This document shows positions 10,560-22,775 of a DNA stretch of 64,000 nucleotides, in pieces. Below the pieces are notes generated by a model. That model had not been told where the DNA came from, did no database searches, and saw nothing but the letters and a program-made list of their open reading frames with translations. Each line of letters starts with the position of its first letter. The stretch's first letter is position 1. Source of the stretch: Gnetum montanum (lineage: Eukaryota > Plantae > Gnetophyta); the NCBI GenBank assembly GCA_015680685.1, contig MNCI01000556.1:1003931-1067930 (forward strand), written 5' to 3'. The position numbers were made by a program, and so were the translations under genes.

Positions 10560-13530
10560 AGTATAAAAAAGAGATAGATCTTTTAATGGCAATGCATTGT
10601 TAATGATGAAATCTCCTAAAAATTTTGTGCTATTAGAAACAAATAGATGATCATGAATATTTTTAGCTAAGAATATTATGCTAGCATTATTATTATTTCC
10701 TTAAAATATAGTATCTTGCCTCTATAGATGGTACATTATTGGATACTATAGAGTTATCTCATGATCATCCTTATCGGTTATTAGGTAAAGATATTGTAGA
10801 AGTTTTATCAAAGGATTTTGTATTTATTTGTGGAGATTTTAATGTAAGGATAGGTTCAAAGTAATTAAAAATTATTTAGTGGTACCATAATATTAATAGT
10901 TTTGATATTTTTGAAATCACAGTTGGAGATGACATTTTGTGAATGGCACAAGTAATAAGATAGATCAATAACTATTAGAATGAATAAAAATTCTCCATCA
11001 TCTTATATACAATGGCCTTACTAGATTTCCTCAATCTTTATCATTTATTTTTATAAGACCTTAAGGTAACCCTTACATTGATTTACTTTTATGTTCTTAA
11101 GAAGACATTGAATTTATTAATAAGTTGAAAGTTGGAGAAGATTTAGTGGATTCCTACCTTCATCATATATGATTTTTATTGCAAATTAAAAAAATTTCTT
11201 AGACAATAAAAAATAGGAATAGAAAAAAAATTAGTATAGAAGTTAAAGAAAATATATGGATGGAACACATAACAAATAGAATCTTGAAAGACAACATAGG
11301 AAATTTGAAAAAAATTTGCTTATAGTAGCTAACGAGGTTATGCATTCATAAAAATAGAATGCTTAAAACGCTTGGTTTAATGAATATTGCATGCACGCTA
11401 AATAGAATATTAAGAATTTGAATAAGAATACTAGACAAAGCTTGGTTAAGGCATATAAAAGCTTAATTAAAACCAAGATAAGAAAATTCATTAGGGAGTA
11501 GTAGGAATATTTTGCGTGCACCATTAAAAATAAGCATAGATAGTTTTAATCATATTTTCATCCTAAAGTCTCTTCATCATTTAATTCTTTTCAAAATATT
11601 TTCTCATTTCACAATAAAATATTTATAAGAAAAGAAGATAATTATACTACTCTTATAGAATAATCACCTCTCTAATTTACTTTTGAAAAAGTCACAAATG
11701 GTATTAAAAAGCTAGCATTTAGAAAAGTTATAGATTCAAATGATTTATATGTAAAATTAATAAAATGGCCAGGACCTACTATTCATTAACAAATTTGGTA
11801 CTAATTAAATTCAATCATGGATCAAGGATTAGATTAACATTGCAAAAATAGTATGGCTATCTTGTTATATAAAAAGGTAGATAAATATGGAATGATCATT
11901 TTGATTAATATTTTTATCAAGTTATTTGATACTTACTAGAAAAGAGAATCAATTTTTGGGTTGAAGTTAACAAGGTTAAAGTAATATGTCAAGTACATTT
12001 TAAATAAAATCACTCCACTATTGATCACTTAGCTACTCTTAGACATTACATGGAGTTTGCAAAGAAGCCTAACAAAATTTTTTTTATTGATTTTCTAAAA
12101 TCATATGATTCAGTGGTTTGCATAAAAATATGGTTGTAGGTGCATAAAATTGACTTCCATTTAGATTTGGTTACAACAACTCAAAGATTATATGAGTAAG
12201 TTATTATTGAAATTATAGATAATAATTTAAAGAAAAAATTTCAATTTTAGAGAAAAATTGAAGTTAAGAAAGATTATCTACTTTCTCCAACTCTCTTTGG
12301 TATTTTTATTCATGAAATTTAGGAATGATTATGCAATGGGCAAGATAGTCATGTTATCAAAATTGGATTCCAAATAGTAAATCTTCTTTTATATGCAAAT
12401 GATGTTGCCTTAATCCCTATTATTGTAAAAGATATGCAAAACATCTTGCAAATTTTATAAAATTAGTATCACTCATCTAGTTTTTGCGTTAATATGAATA
12501 AAACCAAATTAATGATCTAGGGTAAAAGACATTCCTATTAAAGCTACAATTTTTGAGGTGTTAGCTTAGTAATAAGTCTCTTAATTTAAAAGCTCCAAGT
12601 CATGGGTTCACTTCTACTAGGTAATGCTAAGTTATAAAGTTTTAATTAGACTATATATCTTGGGGTTTATCCTATTACAAATATTTTAGGATTCTAACAC
12701 CTCTTCCCTTTTCGTTTTAAAGATACCAATGTGTAAACGGTAGATTCTTTTAAATATTCAAGTTTCATTTATATGAATATTATTTTAAACATGTGAAGGA
12801 AAGTACATCAACAAATGAATAATATGAGGTTTCTAAGATTTTTATATTTTCAAAAGTAAGTGTAAGGATTTAGGGGTCTAGAATTAAAAGGTCTAAAAAA
12901 TAAATTTTTCATAGTATCATCTACCCTACTATATTATATGGATGTATTGTTTGGTAACTTGGACTTGGTGCTAAACTTTGAAAATATATTTAAAAAGTAC
13001 ACCTTACTCCATGTTATCATCTAAATGTGATTTATTACATTTACAGGTAGAATCCTTATGCCAATTTATTATGTACACTCATAACTTGCATATCTCAAGG
13101 CAAGACAAATTCTTTAAAGTAATTCTTGAGTATTAATGATACTATGGTTGGTATTTTCAAGGAATGTAATGGTTGAGAAAATTACATATCTCTTTGGAGG
13201 ACATGCAATAAAACCCTAATCATATTTTCTAGCTAGTTGAGCAAAACATTTTTAACACAATTGTGGTCTAATGTAGCAAGTGATAAACAAATTTATTTAC
13301 ATCATATTAGATGTTATAAACTAGATGCAAAATTTCACCACCTTTTAGCTACGTATTCCAATCAAGTTTTGAAGTACCATCAATAAACTTTACTTAAGTT
13401 CACATCACCTTAGAATTGAAAGTCAAAGATAAGTTCAACACCCTCAAGAATATCATACTTATAAGTTATGTAGGTTAGGAGCCCTTGATGATAACTTTCA
13501 TGTATTTATTTTCTTTATGATAACTACATA
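10560..13530 (+). mobile_element. Degenerate LINE (non-LTR retrotransposon) ORF2: APE endonuclease, RT, C-terminal Cys/His region
   Basis: Manual translation: ICGDFNVR (~10826), HSTIDHL (~12011), IDFLKSYDSV (~12087), LLSPTLFG (~12278), LLLYANDVA (YADD; ~12383), VNMNKTKLM (~12488), ILYGCIVW (~12931), SHHLRIES (~13400). Confidence 0.85.
12555..12703 (+). mobile_element. tRNA-derived SINE (head type 1) inserted in the LINE
   Basis: A-box-like TAGCTTAGTAATAAG and B-box-like GGTTCACTTCT. Homologous to copies at 32624, 34785 and 37600. Ends are GAGGTGTTAG and CTAACACCTC. Decayed TSD TTAAAGCTACAAT / TTAAAGATACCAAT. Confidence 0.75.
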
Positions 13531-13536
13531 TTTTAG

Positions 13537-13680
13537 GAGGTGTTCAAACCTAAAATAAGTAAAACATATGTACATCCTAAGATTTATAGAAGTTTATAAC
13601 TCTATGATACCTAGTAGAAGTGAACTTGTGACTTGGGGTTATTAGGCCAAGACCCATACCACTAGGCTAACACCTTATTA
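13537..13680 (-). mobile_element. tRNA-derived SINE (head type 2)
   Basis: Reverse complement reads AAGGTGTTAGCCTAGTGGTATGGGTCTTGGCCTAATAACCCCAAGTCACAAGTTCACTTCTACTAGG...GGTTTGAACACCTCC. Confidence 0.75.
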
Positions 13681-13683
13681 TAA

Positions 13684-13963
13684 CTATCCATTTTAGATAA
13701 CTTTATAAGTTAGCTATAAAAAACTTATATGATTTATTTTTGTTGATCCTATTAGCGCTTGGTCAATTTTTAGAATCTATTTTTATTTTTTATAGAATTA
13801 TGATATCTATCCAATGGATCCTATAGATCTTTGGATATAATAAAGCTTCAATTAATGAGGTATCAAATTAGTGGTATGGGCCTTGGCCTAGTAACCCTAG
13901 ATTAGAGGTTCAATTCTACTAGGTAGCACTAAGTTATAAAATTTTATAAAATTTGGGGTGTAT
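13684..13963 (+). repeat. Partial copy of the SINE-containing block repeat (includes type-2 SINE at 13854-13963)
   Basis: Colinear with 32156-32440 and 34383-34590 (CCATTTTAGATAACTTTAT...AATAAAGCTTCAATTAAT, then SINE head with GGTTCAATTC). Confidence 0.85.
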
Positions 13964-14630
13964 TCATCAATTCATAAAATTACATGTCTCTACATAAATC
14001 AAAAATTTTTACTCCTCTCATAAGATACAAAAAAAAAGAACATTATCAAATACATAAGAGTTCAATGAGGGTTATATAAATAGAAATAGTTCACAATATT
14101 GTACATAGAAATATACATAAACCAATCTTTGAAGATTTTCCTCTCCTCTGCTCTCTCTCAATACTTGCCTATACCCCTATGAATTCCACCTGTAACTAAA
14201 TAAATTCAATATAAAACTAATTGGAAAGCCTTTACACTTCCTCCACTAGATTATCAACAAGTGCTACGCTAGAGGAGAGGAATGGAATACAAGGCATCCG
14301 ACATTAACTCTAAGTTTTGTGCATGCTTCGACCAACACATGTACATACAATGTCATCCATAGCATTGACATAACCTATAGTAAAGTGAATAGTTTATCAT
14401 GTGAAACATTTCCATGAGTACTCAAAAATAGTCACTGCCTATATGTCTTTTATTTACCCAATCGATGCTAGGATCCATCAATCTATGAGCCATAATCACT
14501 AGCCTTCTAGAGGATTGGCTATAAGGACAAACACACCTATGTTACATATCATTCATACAAATGAACATACCTATGCTCTCCCACTCTCAAGACAATGCCT
14601 AAGATAATATTTATATTGATACATCATAGT

Positions 14631-15507
14631 TGATGAGCGGTGAGGTACCCCTATGTCCAATCATACAAATCACTAAGGCATTAACGTATAATTTGGTCAA
14701 ATTCCATGGATTCTTAGTGTTCTCGTACATAGGATTCAATCAAGAAGGTGAATCTAATTATGGAACAATTTTTATCTTTCCAACTACACTTAAGAGGCTC
14801 AATTGTATGGTTAAGTATAATTGAGGCACATGATTTTTATTATTTTATATTTTGTTTACATAATGTTAGTAGTAGATTGAGAATAAATTGATTAACTAAT
14901 TCAACTAATTTAATTGCTAATTAATACCTAACTATCCTAACATAAGCATTTGTCCCACCTTTTGTACACATCTTGAACATGTACAATACTACTGGGGGAC
15001 CAAGCATTAAGTGCTACTAGGATTACCAAGTGTTATACATATGCTCAAAGTGGTTGTAATTATGTATGCAAGTCTATTTAGCTTAATTAATTAATTACTT
15101 AAAGTATTAATCATCTTAGCTTAAATAATTTCTTAATTAATGAAAATAATAAATTCATAAAAAAATCATTAAGCTAGTCCAATTTTTTTAAGGTTTATAA
15201 AAAAACTCACTTTTATTGCCACACATACTACAATGCTCAAGTACAATAGTGTTGGAATAAAGATCCATACAATCCTTGAATCCTATTGTGGGCACTTAAA
15301 AAATTATTCTATCTCTAATGGAAACAAACTACAAGAGTTCTACTAGCAATTGAAATTCTAACTTCCCATTAACATAGTTGGGCTATCATATTTATGGACC
15401 TACTTAGGTGCCATGTTGATGAGTACACATCAACATGGGAAATCCTATGTTAATGGGATGCCATCAATAGCATCCCATTAACACAAACAATTGAAGACAC
15501 TTCTTCA
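14631..15507 (-). repeat. 3' LTR of element B
   Basis: TGATGAGCGGTGAGGTACCCCTATG at 14631 is the reverse complement of the family LTR end. The right end CTTCA is followed by TACCCTCACAACTGAATGAAAAC (PPT region, reverse complement). Confidence 0.9.
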
Positions 15508-15749
15508 TACCCTCACAACTGAATGAAAACTTTTCCTTAAGTTCTTTACAAAATTGGGAAGCTATGGGATTATTGACTAATACACAACACAAAAAAATGA
15601 ACATAACAAAATAAAACTAGGTGCCTAGATGTATGGATTGACATTAATTATAAAATTATGATGTTCATGACACAAAATTGAACACTAGAACATGACTGAA
15701 CAAAATTGGATAACACATCCTTTGATGGCATGAGGATAGTTGAAAATAC

Positions 15750-18607
15750 TATATTGTCCTAGGTAGTGGAGGTTCTTGAGGTTCTAAAGGATATTCTCCT
15801 ACTTTAGGCGCACATGGTGGTTGAGGCTATAATAGTTGTCCTACTACAGTATTGCTTCTGGTGGAAGGTGAAAGGCATCCACCAATGCCTTCATGTTCTT
15901 CTCCTTACTCCAGGGATCATTTATAGTCCACGTGGCATCACCAATGTGGGATGGAACGGGGATATCTCACAAATAGAAAATTACTAGAAATATCTTCTTC
16001 ACATTAACAAACCAAGTAGGGAATTGCTTGTGTTCAATATCAAATGCTCTAAGTGTGTCTTGCAACTCCCGGTAGTTATTCATCCTCTTGGCCAAGTTCT
16101 CAGTAATTGATCTTTGATCTGTGAACTTTGCATTGAGAACCTTGAGTTCTATGTTTGCCACTGCAAGCTTCTACTTGGTGTTCTTATGGTGCTTGAACTA
16201 TACCTCATACAAAAATTATGAGATAGCCACTTATTTCTCCAATTTATACTACCATTGTCCAGCAGTTAGCATAGCCAAATTTGCATATCAAAGATTGGAA
16301 AGCTTCATGTATTCTATCATCTCTTCGATATACAATTTCTTCATGTAGATCTCCTCTTTGTTGTAGGCATCTATCCCATCAATGATAGGTTGCCAAATCT
16401 CTCTTCCTTGCTAGAGTTACTAGAGCATCTCATTTACTTTTACATTCACCAACTAGATGTGTTTTTCATTAACTTCTTTTTGTAGACTAACGTAATCTCT
16501 ATAGTGATTTTTACTCTCTTCAATTTCAGGGCCTCTAATTTCTAGGAGGCTACTTTGATTGTAGTATTTTTGTGAAGAGCAGAGACCTCCTCCATGGAGA
16601 GGTTTCTATTTTCTATTGCCAATCTTCTTAGCTGAATCTTCAGTCTAGCTAGTTGCTCCTCATATTGATGGATGAAACTTTCCATCTATTATTTTTGCAC
16701 ATCAACATTTCATAGGCAATGATTCTCCATGGTCAATTGTACATTGTTCAGATAACTTTAATCCAATGCCTTCTAAATTTTATGTTGAGTGGGCTTTGCC
16801 AAGATTGATAGAACACCGTTATCTTCATCATACCCTCAACCCTTTTGAATCTTATGTGAAGCTAATCTAGAGCTTCTTCCTTTATCAGTGCTAGGTTGAG
16901 GAATGCAGGATCAACAATCTAGGCTCTTAGTTTAGCAACCTCTATTTCCAAGCATTTATTTAGCTCTTTGGCTATTTTGAGTTGCACCTCCAAAATGTTG
17001 TTCTTACTTCTTGCTTCCAACAACTTTGACTAGGTTTTAGTTATGTTTATTGAAAGATCAAAGATGTCTAAAATTGGTTTCCTAGTTCCTACCATTCAGT
17101 CCAATAATTTTTCATGTTGTGTATGCTCAACTTGCCTCTTATTATCCCTACGAATGTCTACACATCTTTAAGTGTAGAGATTTCTAGTACATATGTCATA
17201 GGTACATTTAAAATTTTAACAATTCTATTAGCAACCACCTTTATTGGTGTCTCCTACCCCTGGTGTTGCATTATCAAAACTATTGCCTCTTTGCCCTCCT
17301 CTAAGTGTACTAAATAAGTAGTGGCATTTCTAGATATTTTTGGGAATTACTGCTATTGTGAGAGGAATACTATTACCTCTTAGGTGCTAGGATTCAATCA
17401 TACTACTAACTACATTCTTTAGGCTAAAAAAATTTGTCCACCTTCCTTCATCTGGCTAACTATTTGAGCCACTTCATTCAAGTGACTCATTATTAGCTAG
17501 TACATATATGGATCACCATCACTCATTCCTGGTTGTTGCTCTTGCACACTTAAGATCCATTCTTAGAACTCGTGCAACCATTGAGAAGTTGCAGCAATAT
17601 CCAACACTATTTGTTGAGCGGGTAGTGAAGGTGGTGGTTGCTACTCCTCTTCTTGAATGACTTTTCTACAGACTTTATCCTTCATAATCTTTGTCTAGTT
17701 AGTGAATGGAGCATGTTGGACATCATCGTTTATGTAGTAGGTTATCCCTTCCCTCTAACATAGTTTTGGAATGACGCGTGGAAAGGAAAGTTTCTTCTTT
17801 TCACATTTGTTATCCTTGAAGCATTTTTCTATCTCAAGATATATTAGCTATGGAAGATTAATAGGGAATCTACCACTTAGAGTAGCACATGCATAGGTAG
17901 AAAAGGAAATGATCTTGCTTGGCCTCACTGTTGGATTGATGTGAAAGGCTACAATCTTATCGTAGAATATCTCCATCAATGTGAGCACATCATACTTGTT
18001 ATGGTAGATTCCATAATACTATTGTATCTATTCTTTCTTGATGTTGGGATCTTTCTATATTGGAATCTTAGTGAGATTTATCCTAGTTTCTAGGAATCCA
18101 AGGATCTTTGAAATGGCCTACACTAAGTAAGACATTGAATGTCCTTAATCTTAACCATTGAATTGACTTGCCTATTATTCTAGAATAAGAATTTCTCTCC
18201 CATGTACCACTCCTCATTGGAAGTAACGATGGGCCACATGGGAGAGGTTTTTACTTGATCTTATACTTCTTAAGGTGCTTGCTCCAAGAAAGAGCCAAAA
18301 TTAAATTCTTAGAGCATCATTTTTAGAATCTTCTTTGATTTTTTCTACTTGAGGCAAGCTTGTTTCAAGGTTATCTCAAGGTTTACTTATGGATCTAGTG
18401 CTTCATCTTGATGAAATTACTCATCACTACCATGTGTTTTGGAATCTGAGAGACAGACTTCACTTTAGGCTCCTCCCTAAGAGGTTCCATAGCATGGGTT
18501 GTTACTTATTCTTCATAGGCCTATTCTTGGTCCCTTCCAATTCATGGTCATTTGTCTCATGACTGTGATGGTTCTCCTTCTTGTTTGTGCTTTCCCTTTG
18601 GTTCAAT
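15750..18607 (-). pseudogene. Element B extra (env-like) ORF, ~950 codons: N-terminal ATHILA ORF-1/Transposase_32-like domain plus a probable coiled-coil C-half
   Basis: Manual translation: EPKGKHKQEGEPSQS start; MVKIKDIQC..AISKILGFLET (~18080-18160); LSGRFPINLP*LIYLEIEKC...KLSFPRVIPKLC (~17755-17885); E/K/L-rich fragments such as ORF 15967-16161. Confidence 0.7.
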
Positions 18608-21600
18608 CTATGGTCACAATACTTTCAAGGATTAGTATATATAATGTGTAACTTATAATTTTTTGATACCTCATCTCATTAATTAGTTACATGTAGGCTA
18701 ATGTTGGACAATGAGATATTGGTTATTTTATTATTATTTTATTAATTTTTAAGTTCAAAGTAATACTAGAGCTAGTTGGAAGGGTTTAGCTTTCGTAATT
18801 TGATGTTTTCATGTTGGCTTCTTTGTTAAATATTTGTAGGAGTTAGAAACATTTTCTATCAAAAACTCAAAAACTTTATGTTTGTGCCTTCCATGACTAA
18901 GAGCTTACCTTTGGTAGCTACAAGGTTAAAGAACAAAGTGATTTGGATAACTAGTTAGGAAGATATGGCTTTTCGAAGGTTCTAGGCTCTAAAAATTGCA
19001 AAAACTCCTCTGGTGTTTGAAACGAAATGTGTGTGGGCACATATATATTTACTAGTTTTGTGATACATCAATGGGATCTCACATACGATGTCTCATATAC
19101 ATAGGTGGTTCGTCAACGAGTACCCATTTACGAAGGATGTAAGAAAAAATTTTCAACTTGAATTTCTCATGAAATACATAGAGCTTTCTGATGAAAGTAG
19201 GATCCATGGAGTTATAGAAAAGCCAAGAACTTGATGGAATCATCAAAGAGGATTGTGGAAAGCTTGAAAATTGAAAAATTAGGTGAAGAATGTATTTGTT
19301 AAAGAAATTGCCTTAAGGAGCACATAGTTGGATGCATTAGATGGGGTGCATGAAGGTTTGGATTGCACAAATGTCTAAGGATGAGGTACTTAACTAACCA
19401 AACCAAGAGATATGCAAGTGGATCCTCCCCATAGCAGGCACATGTCCTTTTTTCCTTTGCATAACCTCAAACTAAGAAGTCCATGGGCCCCATAGGTGAT
19501 TAATGATTGTGAAACTTAAGGACCAAAACCTGGAAGAATCTACCTAAGAATTTAGGCATGTCAAACCAAGACATCAAATAGGGGCATGGACACTGGCAGT
19601 GAGGTGAGTCATGGAAAGCATAGATGGATGAAAAATAAAGTTAAATGGAGTTCTCAATTAAGGTGACACAAAGTCCCTCATGAATTTTTTGGTTAAATGA
19701 CTTGATAAAATCCATCCTTAGTCCAGACCAAAACTAACCACATTCAATGACTTCACATCACCATTGGAAGATCAATCCATCCTCTTGAGATACAAGAGTG
19801 CTTCCATAGATTAATCACCATTCCTTATAGATAAGAAAAGAGGAGTAAGAAGTGAGAAAGTTAGAATGGACCTTCAAGCATGGGTAACATATTTTTCTAG
19901 TCCCATAATTAGTGCTTGTAGCCTATTATTCTATCTAAGGGGTGTGCTTTGAATTTCTATCATCATTTCATTTTTTAGTTTTTTTATCATTTTTTTCATC
20001 ATCATTTTCTTGTGTTATTTTTATGTGTGTTTTTTTTAATATGGAAACCACACCATGAAAATACTTATTCAACTTCCTATTATTGGTCAACATGGAATAG
20101 TAAGAAATCCATGAAAACACTTATATATTCAAGTAAGTAGAAGGGTACAAGGAGTATTGAGTCCCCTTAAATTCACACCCTATTCAAACCCTTGAATCCT
20201 TTCCAAGTCCAGAAACTACTAAGGTTACAAATTCATTAAAGGTTTACTTAATGAAAAGGGACCTCATACCTTCAAAACAAGGAAAACCATAGAGTTTGTG
20301 GATGGGTGGATGTCTTAGTTATTGGTACCAAAATTCAAAAATAGAAACCAAACATTAGCAATCAAAAATAATAAGTACAAACCACCATTAGCAATAACTA
20401 TAGCACCACTATGTAATGTTGGCACAAAGCACTTTATTAGTAGAAATTTAGAAATTCACACCCAAAACAATGGAAATTGTACAATCAAGTGTAAAATATT
20501 CAAGAAAAACCAAACATACCAATGATAGTGTAAAACAAAAAATGGTGTAAAATAGAAAAAGTATAAAACAAAAATGTGTAAAAAAAATATAGAAAAATTG
20601 AGAAGCAATGTAAATGTTTAGCATGGATGGACATCTCCCCCATCACTAAGTTGAAAGGAGGAGATTTGAAATATTGAGCAAGGTTGTCCATCTGATGAGG
20701 TATTCATTGTACTAGCTTGTTTGGGCTTATGGAAAGGTTTTATTTGTTAAATGTTAATTAATTATTTTTTGTTCAAGCTCTTAGGTTTGTAAATTAATAA
20801 GGCCCTAGAAGGAAAAGCTTTTTCAATTATATAAGGCCCCTTTCACAATGTTCAAAACTTTGTTCATTGTGAAACATGTGTGGGGTTTCAGTAAAGGACC
20901 TTATCTCCAAGTTGAAATTTAACTTTTTTCATTCATAGGTCATGTCATTGCTTGCTAAATGCCTTGTGCACCTCATTCAAGGATAGGGACACTGATTGAT
21001 TTTTATCTAGCATATTAAGGTTGATCAATTATTCTCTTTGTGCTAGACTCAGGTCAAGATCTAGGTCATAGGTTGTTGAAATTGTATGGAGCTCAAATTA
21101 AATAGAAAGTATTGGTAGCTTCCAATACACTAGCTCATAAGGAGAGTAGCCTATAGGGAGTTTCCATGTTGAGCAGTAGGCATAGACGGCATCATTGAGT
21201 TTTGTTCTCTAGTCTCTCCTATATTTGTTAATAATTCTCATTAAGATCTTTGTAATCTCCCTATTAGTAACATCTACTTAACCATTAGCTTAAAGGTGTT
21301 AGGGTGTTGTTAATTTATGTTCAACCCCCAAGCATTGCATGAGCTTGCAAAAAGTGATACCTATGAAATGGGTTTCATTGTTAGAAATTAGTGCACATGG
21401 CACCCCAAACCTATTTATAATGTGTTGTTGAAAAAACTAAGCAGTAGTGGATGATGTAAAGTCAATGATAGTTACTACTTCTACACATTTAGCACATTAG
21501 TCAATGATGATGATAATATATGCCTTTCCATTGGACACAGGTGTGATGAGATCCATGAAGTTTATGCCCCATATGTCGAAGGGTTCTAGTGATTGGCTTC

Positions 21601-21703
21601 ACTGTTGAGGTCCCTCCATTCGCATGGTCATCCCACCATCTCATTGAAAATGTTCATAAAATCATACAAATTGGTGGGCATCCCTAAAGATTATTGAAAT
21701 CTA

Positions 21704-22654
21704 TTACTCTAGTAGTTATTCTAATTATTAGAGTGGTTACTCTAGTAATTACTCTAGCAATTACTCTAATTATTAGAGTGGTTACTCTAGCAGTTACTCT
21801 AGTAGTTATTTTAATTATTAGATTGGTTACTCTAGTGATTACTCTAGCAATTATTCAAATTATTAGAGTAGTTGCTCCCAAGCCGATAAATACAATGCCT
21901 AGACACACAATTGGGAGGGAAGTCTATTAGCAGTCAAGTAGTGAAACTCTTGTAGTCTATTTGAAAGTTAGAGGATTTTCCAAGTGCTCACAACAGGAGG
22001 TCTAAGTGTGGATGGATTTTTATTTGAGCGTTGTGTACCTTAGCACATCTTGTGTATGGCAATGAAGACAAGCTCCTTGATTCATCCTTGCAGCACTTGA
22101 GATTTGTTTTCTTACGTATTTCTTTTATTTTATTTTCTTATGCATTTATGTTATTTTATTTTATTTTATGCACTTTACATTTATGTTATTAGCACAACAA
22201 TTCATTTTGATTAATTAAGTAAATCATTAAATTGCAGAAGCATGACCACTTCGAGCATGCGTGTAATGCTTGGTAACCTAGTAACAATTAGCTTTTGGTA
22301 ATCCCAGCAATGTTGCACTGGTTCAACATGTATATGGCAAGTTGGAATGGATGCTAGTGTTAGGATTAGTTAGAACTTAGTTAATGAGTAGTTAAGTTAA
22401 ATTAGTGACTTATTTACCTCTCTCCTTCCCTACAAGCGTAGGACATAAAACATAAAAGCTATAAAAATCATATGCCTCAAGCTTACTTAACCATACAATC
22501 GTGACATACAGGTAATCTTGGGAAGACAACGATCAACCAACCCATCCTTGTTCCACAAGGACGCATAAGCACTTAGTCCTTGGAATTTGACCAAATCATG
22601 TGTGAAATGCTCATATTCATATGGTTGAGCATAGGGGTACCTCACTGCTCATCA
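21704..22654 (+). repeat. 5' LTR of element C (first ~12 bp missing)
   Basis: Colinear with 30962-31924; ends GCTCATCA; U3 is built of 12-bp TTACTCTAGTAG-type repeats. Confidence 0.95.
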
Positions 22655-22655
22655 T

Positions 22656-22667
22656 TGGCACTGTTGC
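22656..22667 (+). other. PBS of element C (tRNA-Asp type)
   Basis: TGGCACTGTTGC versus the canonical TGGCGCCGTTGC, immediately after the LTR end. Confidence 0.75.
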
Positions 22668-22775
22668 TTGTGTGGTAACTAGAACATAGGAAATCATTCA
22701 CATCATTGGAATGAACCCTTAGGGTTGGTTGAAAAAATAATAAACAAGAATACATTGAACACTAAACAAACAAGT

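Larger units (their letters stand above)
14631..21693 (-). mobile_element. Element B: Athila-like Ty3/gypsy element, 5'-truncated (integrase C-half, non-coding region, extra ORF, PPT, 3' LTR)
   Basis: Integrase at 20690-21693 is homologous to C integrase (FRDAHQFV, LNDAVYAYCSTWKLPIGYSPYELV). Shared non-coding blocks with A and C. PPT/LTR junction at 15507/15508 matches C 30935-30950. Confidence 0.9.

Noticed and set aside
13965-14630. Possible LTR/PBS remnant (TATA-like at ~14075, TTATCAACAAG at ~14251)
   Set aside because: No partner LTR or coding motif could be identified, so it is too weak to annotate.
21694-21930. Hydrophobic 'membrane peptide' ORFs at 21694-21930 and 30949-31209
   Set aside because: Translations of the 12-bp LTR minisatellite.
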